Source: Chloracidobacterium sp.
Lineage (GTDB): Bacteria > Acidobacteriota > Blastocatellia > Pyrinomonadales > Pyrinomonadaceae
DNA: 64,000 nt
Reading direction: 5' to 3'
Assembly: GCA_031402865.1 (NCBI GenBank)
Contig: JANNST010000052.1
Location: 4,089 to 68,088 of the forward strand
Below the pieces are notes generated by a model. The model saw nothing but the letters and a program-made list of their open reading frames with translations, made no database searches and was not told the origin of the DNA. Numbering within the stretch: position 1 is the stretch's first letter; every line of letters begins with the position of its first letter. Of this stretch, positions 27,523 through 36,224 are shown one piece after another. The position numbers and the translations under genes are program-made.

Positions 27523-30500
27523 TCACCTGATAATAATCTCATCCACAAAGATCCACGGATCGCCGCCCGCTCCCGGATGCCATGATGGGATCTTGCCGAA
27601 ATTGTAAGCACGGATGCGAACGTAACGGGCCTTTGCCGGTGAGATCGTTTGAGTGAATTCTTTGATCTTAGGCGTCATCTCGCGTCGCGGAAAGCTGGGT
27701 TTGATCTCGGCGGCCTTAGTGAAATTCGTGCCGTCGCTCGAGGTTTCAAATTCGATCCGGTCCGGCATCCATATCCACGGCCCGGCGACCTGTAAAAAGC
27801 TGCCGCCGAGTTCCTTTATCTCCGTTTCCCGCTTTAGATCGATGATCGCGTCATAAGGTTTGCCCTGCACACCCTGCCATTCGCCGCTGGCGAAATTCAC
27901 CGTGCCGCGAATGCCGTCGATGATCGCGTTATCGCCGCCGCCGGTGTACTGAGTGCTGTAGCCGGAGACGACTTTAACGGTCCAGTCGTTCGGACGTTTC
28001 GCAAAAACTGCGTCGACAATCGGGCTTTCATTTCCTGGAGAAAAGTAAGTAAATGCCTTTACTGTGGCCGCAGCTCGGAGGACAACTGGTTCGAAGTATG
28101 TCTTTGATGACCGCGTTGGAGTGCTGCCGTCGGTCGTATAGAAGATCATCGCGTCTGGATTTGTCTTTCGCATCGTCACGATCGTTTTGTCGTTGAACAG
28201 ACGCTCGCCATCAATCACCGGAACCGCCGTCGCAACTCCGTGTATGCTCGAAAGCGGAAATTCAGTGAATGCGGTTTCAACTGGCTGGTCGATCATCGCA
28301 AATTCAAGTACGCCGCCGCGCATAAGTTCTTCATGGGTGATGAAGGCTTTTTTGTAAGGAGAGCCGTTCAGCTTTGCGTTGAGAATATAGATATTCTTCG
28401 GCGACACATGCTTCGCACGGATGGTAAACGTCTTGCCGTTCTCCAACCGGTATGTCATTTCGGGAAACAACGGTGTGCCGAGTGCATAGACGGGCGAGCC
28501 GGGAGCAACGGGATAGAAGCCACCCGCACTTAATATGTACCACGCGGACATCTGGCCGCAGTCCTCGTTGCCGATCAGGCCGTCGGGCGCGTTCTTGTAG
28601 AACTCGTCCATTATCTTTCGGACGTATTTCTGTGTTTTCCATGGCTCGCCGGCGTAGTTGTAAAGATAGGTGATGTGGTGCGACGGCTCGTTGCCATGGG
28701 CGTATTGGCCGATCAGCCCCGTCAGGTCGGCCTGCTCGCGACCGGCGAGTTTCTGGTCGGTGGTAAAGAGTTCGTCGAGCTTTGCGACAAATTTCTCACG
28801 CCCTCCCATCAGCTCCATCAAACGCGTTACGTCATGCGGGACAAAGAAGGAGTATTGCCACGAGTTGCCCTCGGTAAAGCCGAAGGTCACTTCGTTAGGT
28901 GCAAAAGGCTCGACAAAAACGCCATTCTTTTTCGGACGGAAGAAGCCGGTTTTTGTGTCGAAGAGGTTTTCGAAATGGCGAGCTCTATAACGAAAATCCC
29001 CATCTTTGAATGCCGGTGGCAGTTGTTCAATATTTCGATCTCCGCTCCGCGTTAAGCTCGCTTGCATTTGGGCAATGCACCAATCGTTATATGCATACTC
29101 GAGCGTCCGCGATACCGATTCGTTCTCGTCCTCCATTGAGATGTAGCCGCGTTTTTTGTAGGCGGCGAGGCCGAAGTGGTCGAGTTCGGCGGAGTGTTTG
29201 GCGGCCGCATAGGCTTTTTCGTAGTCGAAGCCTTTGATAGATTTAGCCATCGCGTCGGCGATGACCGAGGCGGCGTGGTAGCCGATCATGGTGTCGGTCT
29301 CTTCGCCCCACAGTTCCCAAACCGGCAGCCGCCCGCCCTGTTCGTAGATGCGGATGAACGTGTTTATAAAATCGACCGTGCGTTTCTGGTCGATGATAGT
29401 GTAAAGCGGATGCGCCGCTCGGAAGGTGTCCCATAGGGAAAAAACGGTGTAGTGGTTCTGAAGCTCCCCTCCTGTCTTAGGAGGGGTGGCCGCGTTTCGC
29501 GGACGGGGTGGTGATCCATGTTGAGCAGTAAGCAACGGTGAGCCCTTCCTCACGGTCGGGCTACTTACACGTGCGGCCTTCTGCATTTCGTAGCCCGGCA
29601 AAGAATGAACCTTTCCGTCGTGCCCTTTGTACCGTCCATCTACATCGTTGAAAACGTTCGGCTGGATTATCGTGTGATACAGCGCCGTGTAAAAATTGGT
29701 CGTCTGATCGTTCGTTCCGCCGGAGACCTCTATTTTGGTTAACTCTTTGTTCCAAGCCGCCTTTGCGTCGGCACGAACCTTGTCGAAATCCCAATGCGGC
29801 AACTCGGCAGCTAGGTTCTTGCGTGCGCCTTCGATAGAGACGTAAGAGATTGCGACCTTGAGCAAAAGGGGTTCTTCCGGCACGGTTTGGAATTGAAGCG
29901 ACAATAACCCGCCGTTGCTGGTTGCTTGAGCCGAGGGACCCATTAAACCAGTTGACTCAAGTCCGTTCCCGATCTGACCGCCTGTAAAAAGCTGCGAGAA
30001 TTCTGCCACGAAATACACCGTTTGGTTTTTCGCCCACGAAGTCGAGCGCCTTACACCTTCGATCCGGCGCTGTGCACCGTTAACTGACACGTCTGTTTGA
30101 AGCCATTTGTCACGCCATCTCAGGTCAAGTATCAAATTGGCGTGATCGGTTCTCGGGAATGTATATCTGTGCAATCCAACTCTTTTTGTAGAGGTCAACT
30201 CGGCAAGAATTCCATCGTCATCCAGCTTCACCGAATAGTATCCGGGCTCAGCTTTCTCATTGGCGTGAGAAAATTTAGACGCATAGCCATTAACCGACTT
30301 GTCGCCTTCTTTCGCGAAGAATTGCGGTTCGCCGACAGTCGGCATAAACAAGATATCGCACCCGTCCGGAATGCCGGTGCCGCTAAGGTGGGTGTGCGAA
30401 AAGCCGTAGATGATGTCGTCGGAGTAGTGATAGCCGCTTGAGCCGTCCCAGTTGTCGATGCGCGTGTCGGGCGAGAGTTGGACCATCCCGAACGGCATCG

Positions 30501-30648
30501 TCGCACCGGGAAAAGTGTGGCCATGGCCGCCGGTGCCGATGAACGGGTTGACGTGGCGGGTGTAGTCACGGGTTTGTCCCGCGACAGCAGGCGCTAGGCA
30601 TAGAAGAACTAAAACGCAGAGACGCTGAGACGCTGAGAGAACTTTCAT
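27523..30648 (-). CDS. GH92 family alpha-mannosidase with C-terminal F5/8 type C (discoidin) domain; in-frame repeat insertion
   Basis: NPFIGTGGHGHTFPGA, GFSHTHLSGTG, FSLWDTFRAAHPL and GNEPSHH are GH92 hallmarks. The C-terminal about 150 aa are discoidin-like. Confidence 0.9.
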   Translation of the reverse strand: MKVLSASQRLCVLVLLCLAPAVAGQTRDYTRHVNPFIGTGGHGHTFPGATMPFGMVQLSPDTRIDNWDGSSGYHYSDDIIYGFSHTHLSGTGIPDGCDILFMPTVGEPQFFAKEGDKSVNGYASKFSHANEKAEPGYYSVKLDDDGILAELTSTKRVGLHRYTFPRTDHANLILDLRWRDKWLQTDVSVNGAQRRIEGVRRSTSWAKNQTVYFVAEFSQLFTGGQIGNGLESTGLMGPSAQATSNGGLLSLQFQTVPEEPLLLKVAISYVSIEGARKNLAAELPHWDFDKVRADAKAAWNKELTKIEVSGGTNDQTTNFYTALYHTIIQPNVFNDVDGRYKGHDGKVHSLPGYEMQKAARVSSPTVRKGSPLLTAQHGSPPRPRNAATPPKTGGELQNHYTVFSLWDTFRAAHPLYTIIDQKRTVDFINTFIRIYEQGGRLPVWELWGEETDTMIGYHAASVIADAMAKSIKGFDYEKAYAAAKHSAELDHFGLAAYKKRGYISMEDENESVSRTLEYAYNDWCIAQMQASLTRSGDRNIEQLPPAFKDGDFRYRARHFENLFDTKTGFFRPKKNGVFVEPFAPNEVTFGFTEGNSWQYSFFVPHDVTRLMELMGGREKFVAKLDELFTTDQKLAGREQADLTGLIGQYAHGNEPSHHITYLYNYAGEPWKTQKYVRKIMDEFYKNAPDGLIGNEDCGQMSAWYILSAGGFYPVAPGSPVYALGTPLFPEMTYRLENGKTFTIRAKHVSPKNIYILNAKLNGSPYKKAFITHEELMRGGVLEFAMIDQPVETAFTEFPLSSIHGVATAVPVIDGERLFNDKTIVTMRKTNPDAMIFYTTDGSTPTRSSKTYFEPVVLRAAATVKAFTYFSPGNESPIVDAVFAKRPNDWTVKVVSGYSTQYTGGGDNAIIDGIRGTVNFASGEWQGVQGKPYDAIIDLKRETEIKELGGSFLQVAGPWIWMPDRIEFETSSDGTNFTKAAEIKPSFPRREMTPKIKEFTQTISPAKARYVRIRAYNFGKIPSWHPGAGGDPWIFVDEIIIR
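29458..29585. repeat. composite palindromic element in frame within the GH92 gene
   Basis: Contains perfect small hairpins cccctcc-tgtctta-ggagggg and ccgcg-ttt-cgcgg. The core matches 57091-57136 in reverse orientation. 29558-29584 is a degenerate look-alike of the RAYT-flanking REP. Confidence 0.7.
30614..30640. repeat. GCAGAGAC/GCTGAGAC octamer repeat inside the GH92 signal-peptide codons
   Basis: acgcagagacgctgagacgctgagaga is translated on the minus strand as LSASQRLCV within MKVLSASQRLCVLVLLCLAPAVAG. Confidence 0.75.
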
Positions 30649-30665
30649 AGCTTTTTAAGGAAGAT

Positions 30666-30750
30666 TTTTGCCCGCGAATAACACGAATTGCCGCGAATAT
30701 CTCTTAAGAGATTTCTTATTCGTGTTTATTCGCGTAATTCGCGGGCAAAA
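30666..30750. repeat. hairpin of the TTTTGCCCGCGAATAA family
   Basis: ttttgcccgcgaataacacgaattgccgcgaata (30666-30699) pairs with tattcgtgtttattcgcgtaattcgcgggcaaaa (30717-30750), between the GH92 start and the GH20 stop. Confidence 0.8.
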
Positions 30751-30753
30751 TTC

Positions 30754-33048
30754 CTAATGCACAAACTCGCCGCCGTAAGCCTGTCGTAAACCTTGGCCCT
30801 TAATGCCCCAGCGGAAGCGAAACGCCGCGTCGCCGCCGCGATGGTTGTAACGCAACGTCATCTTATGCAGCCCGGCCTTTAGCGGAACTATAGCGGAACG
30901 CACTTTTCGGTCTTTTGTACCTGAATCACCTATAATATCCCCGCCGCCGAGAGTGACCGCGGCATCCCAAGTCGAATCAACCTGAAACTCGTAAACTCCG
31001 TCGGTAGGAACACTAAAATAGCCGTCAAACGACACCGCAAACGGCCGCTTGAGAACATCCGGGGTCCGCGAAGCGAACTGCTGCAGACCAATGCTCTTTG
31101 TCTCGCCGCCTCGTATCGGCATCGAGCCGTCATCGGGCGGCATTGCAAAGGCGAATGTTACGCCGGGACGCTTCTCGCTTAATTGCATCGGTTCAAACAT
31201 TTTGCCGCGGACTATCGAAGCGGCGTAGACGGCACTTTTGCGGCCAGCCGGATTCACTACGACTGTTTTGAGCGTCTTTATGTCGAGAACACGGTCTGAA
31301 GCGCCTGTGCCGTTCAACGCGATTTCGATCGGTTTTGTATAGCTCTCCGACCTTTCATCGGGCGTAGATCCGTCGGTCGTGTAGTGGACGCGAGTTCCGG
31401 GAGCCGGCCGCAGTTCGACGGAAATCTTATCGCCCTCGGTAACCTTGTTTTGCAAGCCTCCGGGCTCCGGAATCCGATAATTTACATTCTGCTTATCCAG
31501 ACGCGGAAACTGAGTAGCGAGCCGGTTTGAAAAATCCTCGAAAGTACTGGCTCCCGCACGCGACCACAGAACTTCGGCCAAGGCGATCATACGCGGGAAC
31601 GACATGTATTCGACGTGCGAAGGCGTTTTTATATATTCGGTCCAGATGTTGGCCTGGCCGCCGATAACGTATTTGGCTTCGTCCGCTGTGAGTTCGGGTG
31701 GGACAGGATCGAAGCTGTAAACCTTTTCAAGCGGGACGTAACTGCCGATGTTGAGCGGTTCGTAGGCAGGGTCGCCTTGGCCATAGTCGAGATAGACGTA
31801 ATCGGTCGGCGTCATTATCACGTCATGTTTGGACTTCGCTGCTTCGATGCCGCCTTTCATCCCTCGCCATGACATTACCGTAGCGTTCGGAGCAAGGCCG
31901 CCTTCGAGAATTTCATCCCATCCGATAATCTTTTTGCCTTTCGAATTGATGTACTTTTCGATGCGGCGGACAAAATAGCTCTGCACCTCATGCTCGTCCT
32001 TTAGGTTCTCTTTCTTTTTGAGTTCCTGCACAAAGGCCGATTCCTTCCAATGATCCTTCAGTACTTCATCGCCGCCGATGTGGATGTAGGGCGAATCGGG
32101 GAACAAGGCTATCGTTTCGTCGAGCACGTCTTCGAGAAATTTAAAGGTCGCCTCTGTCGGGCAATAGACCTCCTTGAAAATTCCCCATGTCGTCTGCACC
32201 TTGTATTGATAATCCGCTTTGCAGCCAAATTGCGGGTATGCAGCCAAAGCGGCTGAGGCGTGGCCAGGCAATTCGATCTCCGGAATCACGGTGATAAACC
32301 TTGCCTTTGCGTATTTGACGACATCCTTTATCTCGTCCTGCGTGTAAAAACCGCCGTGCGGGATGCCGTCGCCGATGTATGGGGTTAGGTTACGCTCCTT
32401 AACCGACTCGGGGCGTTTTGAGCCGATTTCGGTCAGCTTCGGATATTTTTTGATCTCGATCCGCCAGCCCTGATCTTCGGTCAAATGCCAGTGAAACGTG
32501 TTGAATTTGTACTGCGACATGAGGTCGATGAACTTTTTGACGAATGAGACGGGCATGAAATGCCGTGCTACATCGAGATGCATGCCACGATATTTGAATC
32601 GCGGTAAATCGCTGATAGCGGTGTACGGAAGCTCGATGCGGCCTGAATATTTGACGGAAATTATCTGAATAAACGATTGAAGGCCGTAGAACAAACCACG
32701 CTGATTGCCCGAGATTCGGATCGCATTCGCGTCTATCTGTATCTCATAGTCTTCAGCGTCCGCAGATTTGCCGACAACCGTGTCGAAAACTATTGCGTCC
32801 TTCGCCGGACGTTTTTTTACGACCGCCAGTTTGAACCCGTAATTTTTCGACAGGAAATCGTTTAAGATCGCTGCCGTTTCTCGGCTAGCTGTATCGGTTG
32901 CCGCGATCTTTGTCTTATCGCTAAAAATAAAACTCCCGCGTCCGTATTCGATCGAAACCGGTTTCGGAATGATATTGATCTCAACGGGCTGGGCGAAGGC
33001 AAAACCGGAGAATGCTAGCACAAGAATGAAGGATGTATATGTTTTCAT
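30754..33048 (-). CDS. GH20 beta-N-acetylhexosaminidase with C-terminal PA14-like domain
   Basis: GMHLDVARHF, FHWHLTEDQGWR and HIGGDE (catalytic D-E) are present. The start was trimmed to MKTYTSFILVLAFSGFAFA because the first 7 track codons lie in the repeat at 33059. Confidence 0.9.
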   Translation of the reverse strand: MKTYTSFILVLAFSGFAFAQPVEINIIPKPVSIEYGRGSFIFSDKTKIAATDTASRETAAILNDFLSKNYGFKLAVVKKRPAKDAIVFDTVVGKSADAEDYEIQIDANAIRISGNQRGLFYGLQSFIQIISVKYSGRIELPYTAISDLPRFKYRGMHLDVARHFMPVSFVKKFIDLMSQYKFNTFHWHLTEDQGWRIEIKKYPKLTEIGSKRPESVKERNLTPYIGDGIPHGGFYTQDEIKDVVKYAKARFITVIPEIELPGHASAALAAYPQFGCKADYQYKVQTTWGIFKEVYCPTEATFKFLEDVLDETIALFPDSPYIHIGGDEVLKDHWKESAFVQELKKKENLKDEHEVQSYFVRRIEKYINSKGKKIIGWDEILEGGLAPNATVMSWRGMKGGIEAAKSKHDVIMTPTDYVYLDYGQGDPAYEPLNIGSYVPLEKVYSFDPVPPELTADEAKYVIGGQANIWTEYIKTPSHVEYMSFPRMIALAEVLWSRAGASTFEDFSNRLATQFPRLDKQNVNYRIPEPGGLQNKVTEGDKISVELRPAPGTRVHYTTDGSTPDERSESYTKPIEIALNGTGASDRVLDIKTLKTVVVNPAGRKSAVYAASIVRGKMFEPMQLSEKRPGVTFAFAMPPDDGSMPIRGGETKSIGLQQFASRTPDVLKRPFAVSFDGYFSVPTDGVYEFQVDSTWDAAVTLGGGDIIGDSGTKDRKVRSAIVPLKAGLHKMTLRYNHRGGDAAFRFRWGIKGQGLRQAYGGEFVH

Positions 33049-33058
33049 AGTAGCGAAA

Positions 33059-33201
33059 GGCGGAAACACGACTGGTAGGGAGTGTGTTCTTCAAGATTCG
33101 ACGAAAGAGGCCCAGTCGCTACGAATTCCGGCTACGACACGGAAATCCTTTCCCGCTCGCTGACGCCGGGAAACACACTTCCTACCGGTCGTGTTTCCGC
33201 C
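33059..33201. repeat. GGCGGAAACAC hairpin element, copy 1 (long loop)
   Basis: The left arm is 33059-88. The right arm 33174-33201 reads CACACTTCCTACCGGTCGTGTTTCCGCC. The 83-nt interior contains agtcgctacgaattccggctacgac. Confidence 0.85.
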
Positions 33202-33211
33202 TGTGCGTTCT

Positions 33212-34312
33212 CTACAAACCGATTATATCCAAAAACCGTTTTAGTTCATCCGGCAGCGGCAGGACAAACGCTAATTGCTCTTTTGTAACGGGATGTGTGA
33301 ACGAAAGCTTTTCTGCATGCAGGAAAAAACGGCCCATTATTCGGATCGCATTCTTTACGTCTATGTTCGCGACCGTGTTGTCACGGCCTTCGTTATAGGT
33401 TTCGTCACCCACTACGGGGTGATTGATCGACGCAAGATGGACACGAATCTGGTGCGTGCGGCCGGTTTTTATCTCGACCTCGACAAGTGCGAATTTATCG
33501 AACCGCTTGCGGACCTTCCACAATGAAAGGGCGTTTCGGCCATTTGCGGCGACTGTCATTTTGGTGCGGTGCCAGCGGTCGCGGGCCATCGGCCGGTCGA
33601 TGATGCCCGTGTTGTCACGCGGACTTCCGTGAACGAGGGCGAGGTAGCTCTTATAAACCTCGCGCGTACGGAACAGCTCGGACATCGCTTCGTGTATCTC
33701 CTCGCTTTTGGCGACAACGATGAGGCCGGAGGTTTGTTTATCTAAACGGTGGACGATGCCGACGCGACTTGTATTGGTTGCAGAAGCCTGCACGTTAGTA
33801 AGGGCGATATGCTCAACGTTGGCGGTATCGCCCTTACTTCGTGCGGGCTTCTGCGGCAGAACCTCGTCACCTGCTGACGCAGTTGTTTCTGACCTTACAG
33901 GCTGCATCCCGCTAACGCCGAAATGGTAGGCGATTGCGTTTGCCAATGTGCCCGAACTAACGCCGGCACCCGGATGAACGACCAATCCGGCCGGTTTGTT
34001 GATAACGGCAAGATATTCGTCTTCAAAAACAATTTCGAGCGGGATATTTTCGGGCTCGAACCGGGCGGGCGGGGCTTCGGCAAGGTCTACGTCGATGTCA
34101 TCATTTTCGCGCAGTTTATACGATGGTTTTGCCGTCGCCTGGTTAACCAGAACGTCGCCGTCTTCAATCAAACGCTGAAGACGAGACCGCGACCAGCCTT
34201 CGATGTTCTCCGCTAGAAAGGCATCAAGGCGCTTTCCTACTTCAGAACCGGTAATTGCGAAATTTAGTATCGGATTTTCGTCAGGCGATGGCGGTGTGTT
34301 AGCTGGGTTCAA
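33212..34312 (-). CDS. rluD: 23S rRNA pseudouridine synthase (RluD/RluA family), carrying an in-frame REPIN-like insertion
   Basis: S4-like N-terminus (RLDAFL...SRSRLQRLI), catalytic GIVHRLDKQTSGL, and HQIRVH. Confidence 0.9.
   Translation of the reverse strand: MNPANTPPSPDENPILNFAITGSEVGKRLDAFLAENIEGWSRSRLQRLIEDGDVLVNQATAKPSYKLRENDDIDVDLAEAPPARFEPENIPLEIVFEDEYLAVINKPAGLVVHPGAGVSSGTLANAIAYHFGVSGMQPVRSETTASAGDEVLPQKPARSKGDTANVEHIALTNVQASATNTSRVGIVHRLDKQTSGLIVVAKSEEIHEAMSELFRTREVYKSYLALVHGSPRDNTGIIDRPMARDRWHRTKMTVAANGRNALSLWKVRKRFDKFALVEVEIKTGRTHQIRVHLASINHPVVGDETYNEGRDNTVANIDVKNAIRIMGRFFLHAEKLSFTHPVTKEQLAFVLPLPDELKRFLDIIGL
33780..33854. repeat. 75-nt REPIN-like inverted doublet of the RAYT-associated REP, inside rluD
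   Basis: The reverse complement of the right half contains AAGCCCGCACGAAGTAAGGGCGATA, 25/25 identical to the repeat at 26879-26903. The left half is a diverged direct copy. Confidence 0.85.
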
Positions 34313-35111
34313 TTATTTCCTTTCTACCGGCGGTTCTGATTCGCATAATCATAAATACGATCGTGCTTGCCGCGACAACGAGGCTGACGAGCTGCGAGGT
34401 TGAGAGGCCGGTCATCGTTGTCAATCCGAATAAGTCTCCGCGCGGGTCGTCGCGGATAAATTCAATTGAGAAACGAAAGATCGAGTAAATAATTCCGTAG
34501 GCGATCAGGATCTGGCCGTCAAATTTCTTGCGGCGGTGCAGCCATACCAGCAGGCCGAAAACGGCGAGCATTGTGAACGATTCGATGAGCTGTGTCGGGT
34601 GCAGAAAGAGATCACTGCCGCCGGGTCCGTACATCGGAACGCCGGTGTATTCGTTGCCTTTCTCGGTAAAATGCACGCCCCACCAGAGATCGGTCGGCTT
34701 TCCCCAACAGCATCCGGCCGCGAAACAGCCCTGGCGGCCAAACGCCTGTCCAAGAGCGAGGCCGGGAGCGAAAGCATCGGCTACCTTCCAGAACGGGAGC
34801 TTGTAAAAATAGACAAGCACCGCGACGGCAAGAAATCCACCGATCAATCCGCCGTAATAAACTCCGCCCGAACGTAGAAAATCGAGCGAGAAGATCTGAA
34901 CATTGTCTTCAACAAACAACATCAGTATCTTCGATCCAAGCAGCCCGCCTAGAAGCGCCCACAGGCCAAGATCGTAAATACGTTCGCGCGGCAACCCGTC
35001 ACGCGCCGCCAGCCTTGATGCGACGAAGAGAGCAAGCAACATCCCAACGGCAAGGAAAATGCCGTAGGTGGTTATTGGGAAATTGCCGATGCGGAATAGC
35101 TCTGGATACAT
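34299..35111 (-). CDS. lgt: prolipoprotein diacylglyceryl transferase
   Basis: The start was trimmed to MYPELFRIGNFPITTYG because the track start lies in the repeat. Lgt motifs YGGLIGG, GR.GCF..GCC.G and HPTQL are present. Confidence 0.9.
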   Translation of the reverse strand: MYPELFRIGNFPITTYGIFLAVGMLLALFVASRLAARDGLPRERIYDLGLWALLGGLLGSKILMLFVEDNVQIFSLDFLRSGGVYYGGLIGGFLAVAVLVYFYKLPFWKVADAFAPGLALGQAFGRQGCFAAGCCWGKPTDLWWGVHFTEKGNEYTGVPMYGPGGSDLFLHPTQLIESFTMLAVFGLLVWLHRRKKFDGQILIAYGIIYSIFRFSIEFIRDDPRGDLFGLTTMTGLSTSQLVSLVVAASTIVFMIMRIRTAGRKEIIEPS

Positions 35112-35130
35112 GGTTTCGATAAGCAATGAA

Positions 35131-35219
35131 GGCGGAAACACGAGCCGTAGCGAGTGTGTTCTTCGTCAGGCCGGGTTATTCGTCATTCAGACACACTCCC
35201 TACCGGTCGTGTTTCCGCC
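35131..35219. repeat. GGCGGAAACAC hairpin element, copy 2
   Basis: The left arm is 35131-35160. The right arm 35192-35219 reads CACACTCCCTACCGGTCGTGTTTCCGCC. The loop is 30 nt and contains the lspA stop codon. Confidence 0.85.
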
Positions 35220-35707
35220 TGCTTTTGTTTGCTCAGGAACATATCTATTATCATTAATCCGGCACCCATAACAATCGCCATGTCGGCGACATTGAATGTC
35301 GGGTAGTGCCATGAGCCGAACTGAACATCGATAAAATCGACGACATACCCGAGCCTGATCCGGTCCGTAACGTTCCCGGCGATTCCAGCAAGGAGCAATG
35401 CGAGCGCACCCAAAATACGATCATCGCTGCGCGGAGTTCTCCAAAAGAAATAGAGTACGAGCGCACCGGCGATAAACGCAACTACCGATAATCCCCAGCG
35501 GCCCGCGTCGCCGTGGTCGTCTAACATGCTGAACGCCACGCCCGTATTTTGAGCGTAGGCAAAATTCAAAAAACCTGAAATGAGAGGTATGTCTTCGCCA
35601 AAACGCAGCCGACGCACCGCCCACGCCTTGCTCGCCTGATCGATCATAAAAACCCCGCCGGCAATGGCGAGGTATGCTATTTTCCAAAGAATATCTTTTT
35701 TATTCAC
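35183..35707 (-). CDS. lspA: lipoprotein signal peptidase II
   Basis: LspA motifs N.G.AF and VVDFIDV....PTFNVAD. The last 11 codons ([11 protein letters not shown]) are encoded by the repeat arm. Confidence 0.9.
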   Translation of the reverse strand: MNKKDILWKIAYLAIAGGVFMIDQASKAWAVRRLRFGEDIPLISGFLNFAYAQNTGVAFSMLDDHGDAGRWGLSVVAFIAGALVLYFFWRTPRSDDRILGALALLLAGIAGNVTDRIRLGYVVDFIDVQFGSWHYPTFNVADMAIVMGAGLMIIDMFLSKQKQAETRPVGSVSE

Positions 35708-36147
35708 TGTGCCTTTTTCGGTTCGGCGTAGAATGATTTATTTACTATCTTCCACTCACCGTTTATCTTCAGCAGCGTCATATAATCTACGAATTTCACG
35801 CTGGGATAATCAAGGACGATCCTCGCAACCGCCGCGTTCCCCGTGATGTCGACTGCCTCGATCCGCCTGTGATCCTTACGCTTCTCCTCGTCCGCCGCCG
35901 GTTTACCGGTAAATGCCCGCTTGATAAAGGCATCGAGATTATCCATCGCGAACTTGCCGTCGCGAATCCAGATCATATTGCCCTCGGTGTGAAACGCCTT
36001 CCTGGCAAATTCCGGATCTCCCGTCGCATGGGCTTTGATGTAATTTTCGAGCGGAACTTTGACCGCTTCTTTATCGGGTATCTGAGCTTTGGAAGCAACG
36101 GCGAATGTGCAAAGAACGAATGCGAATAATGTGTATACTTTTCTCAT
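35704..36147 (-). CDS. NTF2-fold (putative lumazine-binding-like) secreted protein
   Basis: Start at MRKVYTLFAFVLCTFAVASKAQ (signal-like, GGAGG upstream). The C-terminus VDYMTLLKINGEWKIVNK is typical of the NTF2-like family. Its stop overlaps the lspA start by 4 nt. Confidence 0.55.
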   Translation of the reverse strand: MRKVYTLFAFVLCTFAVASKAQIPDKEAVKVPLENYIKAHATGDPEFARKAFHTEGNMIWIRDGKFAMDNLDAFIKRAFTGKPAADEEKRKDHRRIEAVDITGNAAVARIVLDYPSVKFVDYMTLLKINGEWKIVNKSFYAEPKKAQ

Positions 36148-36224
36148 TTCAGAAAATTCCTCCATTCCTCAAAATTCACTATAAGAATACGCCGCAATCC
36201 GACTACCGGTTTCGCCTAAAAGTC

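Noticed and set aside
33049-33069. N-terminal extensions beginning MFPP/GFPP in the track ORFs for the GH20, lgt and ileS genes. Similar extensions occur in the ORFs starting at 27611, 24774, 62208, 58529 and 25834.
   Set aside because: The extra codons lie inside palindromic repeats. In each case, a downstream in-frame start (ATG, or GTG at 24462) gives an N-terminus that looks like the native one: a signal peptide, a conserved family N-terminus, or sometimes an SD.
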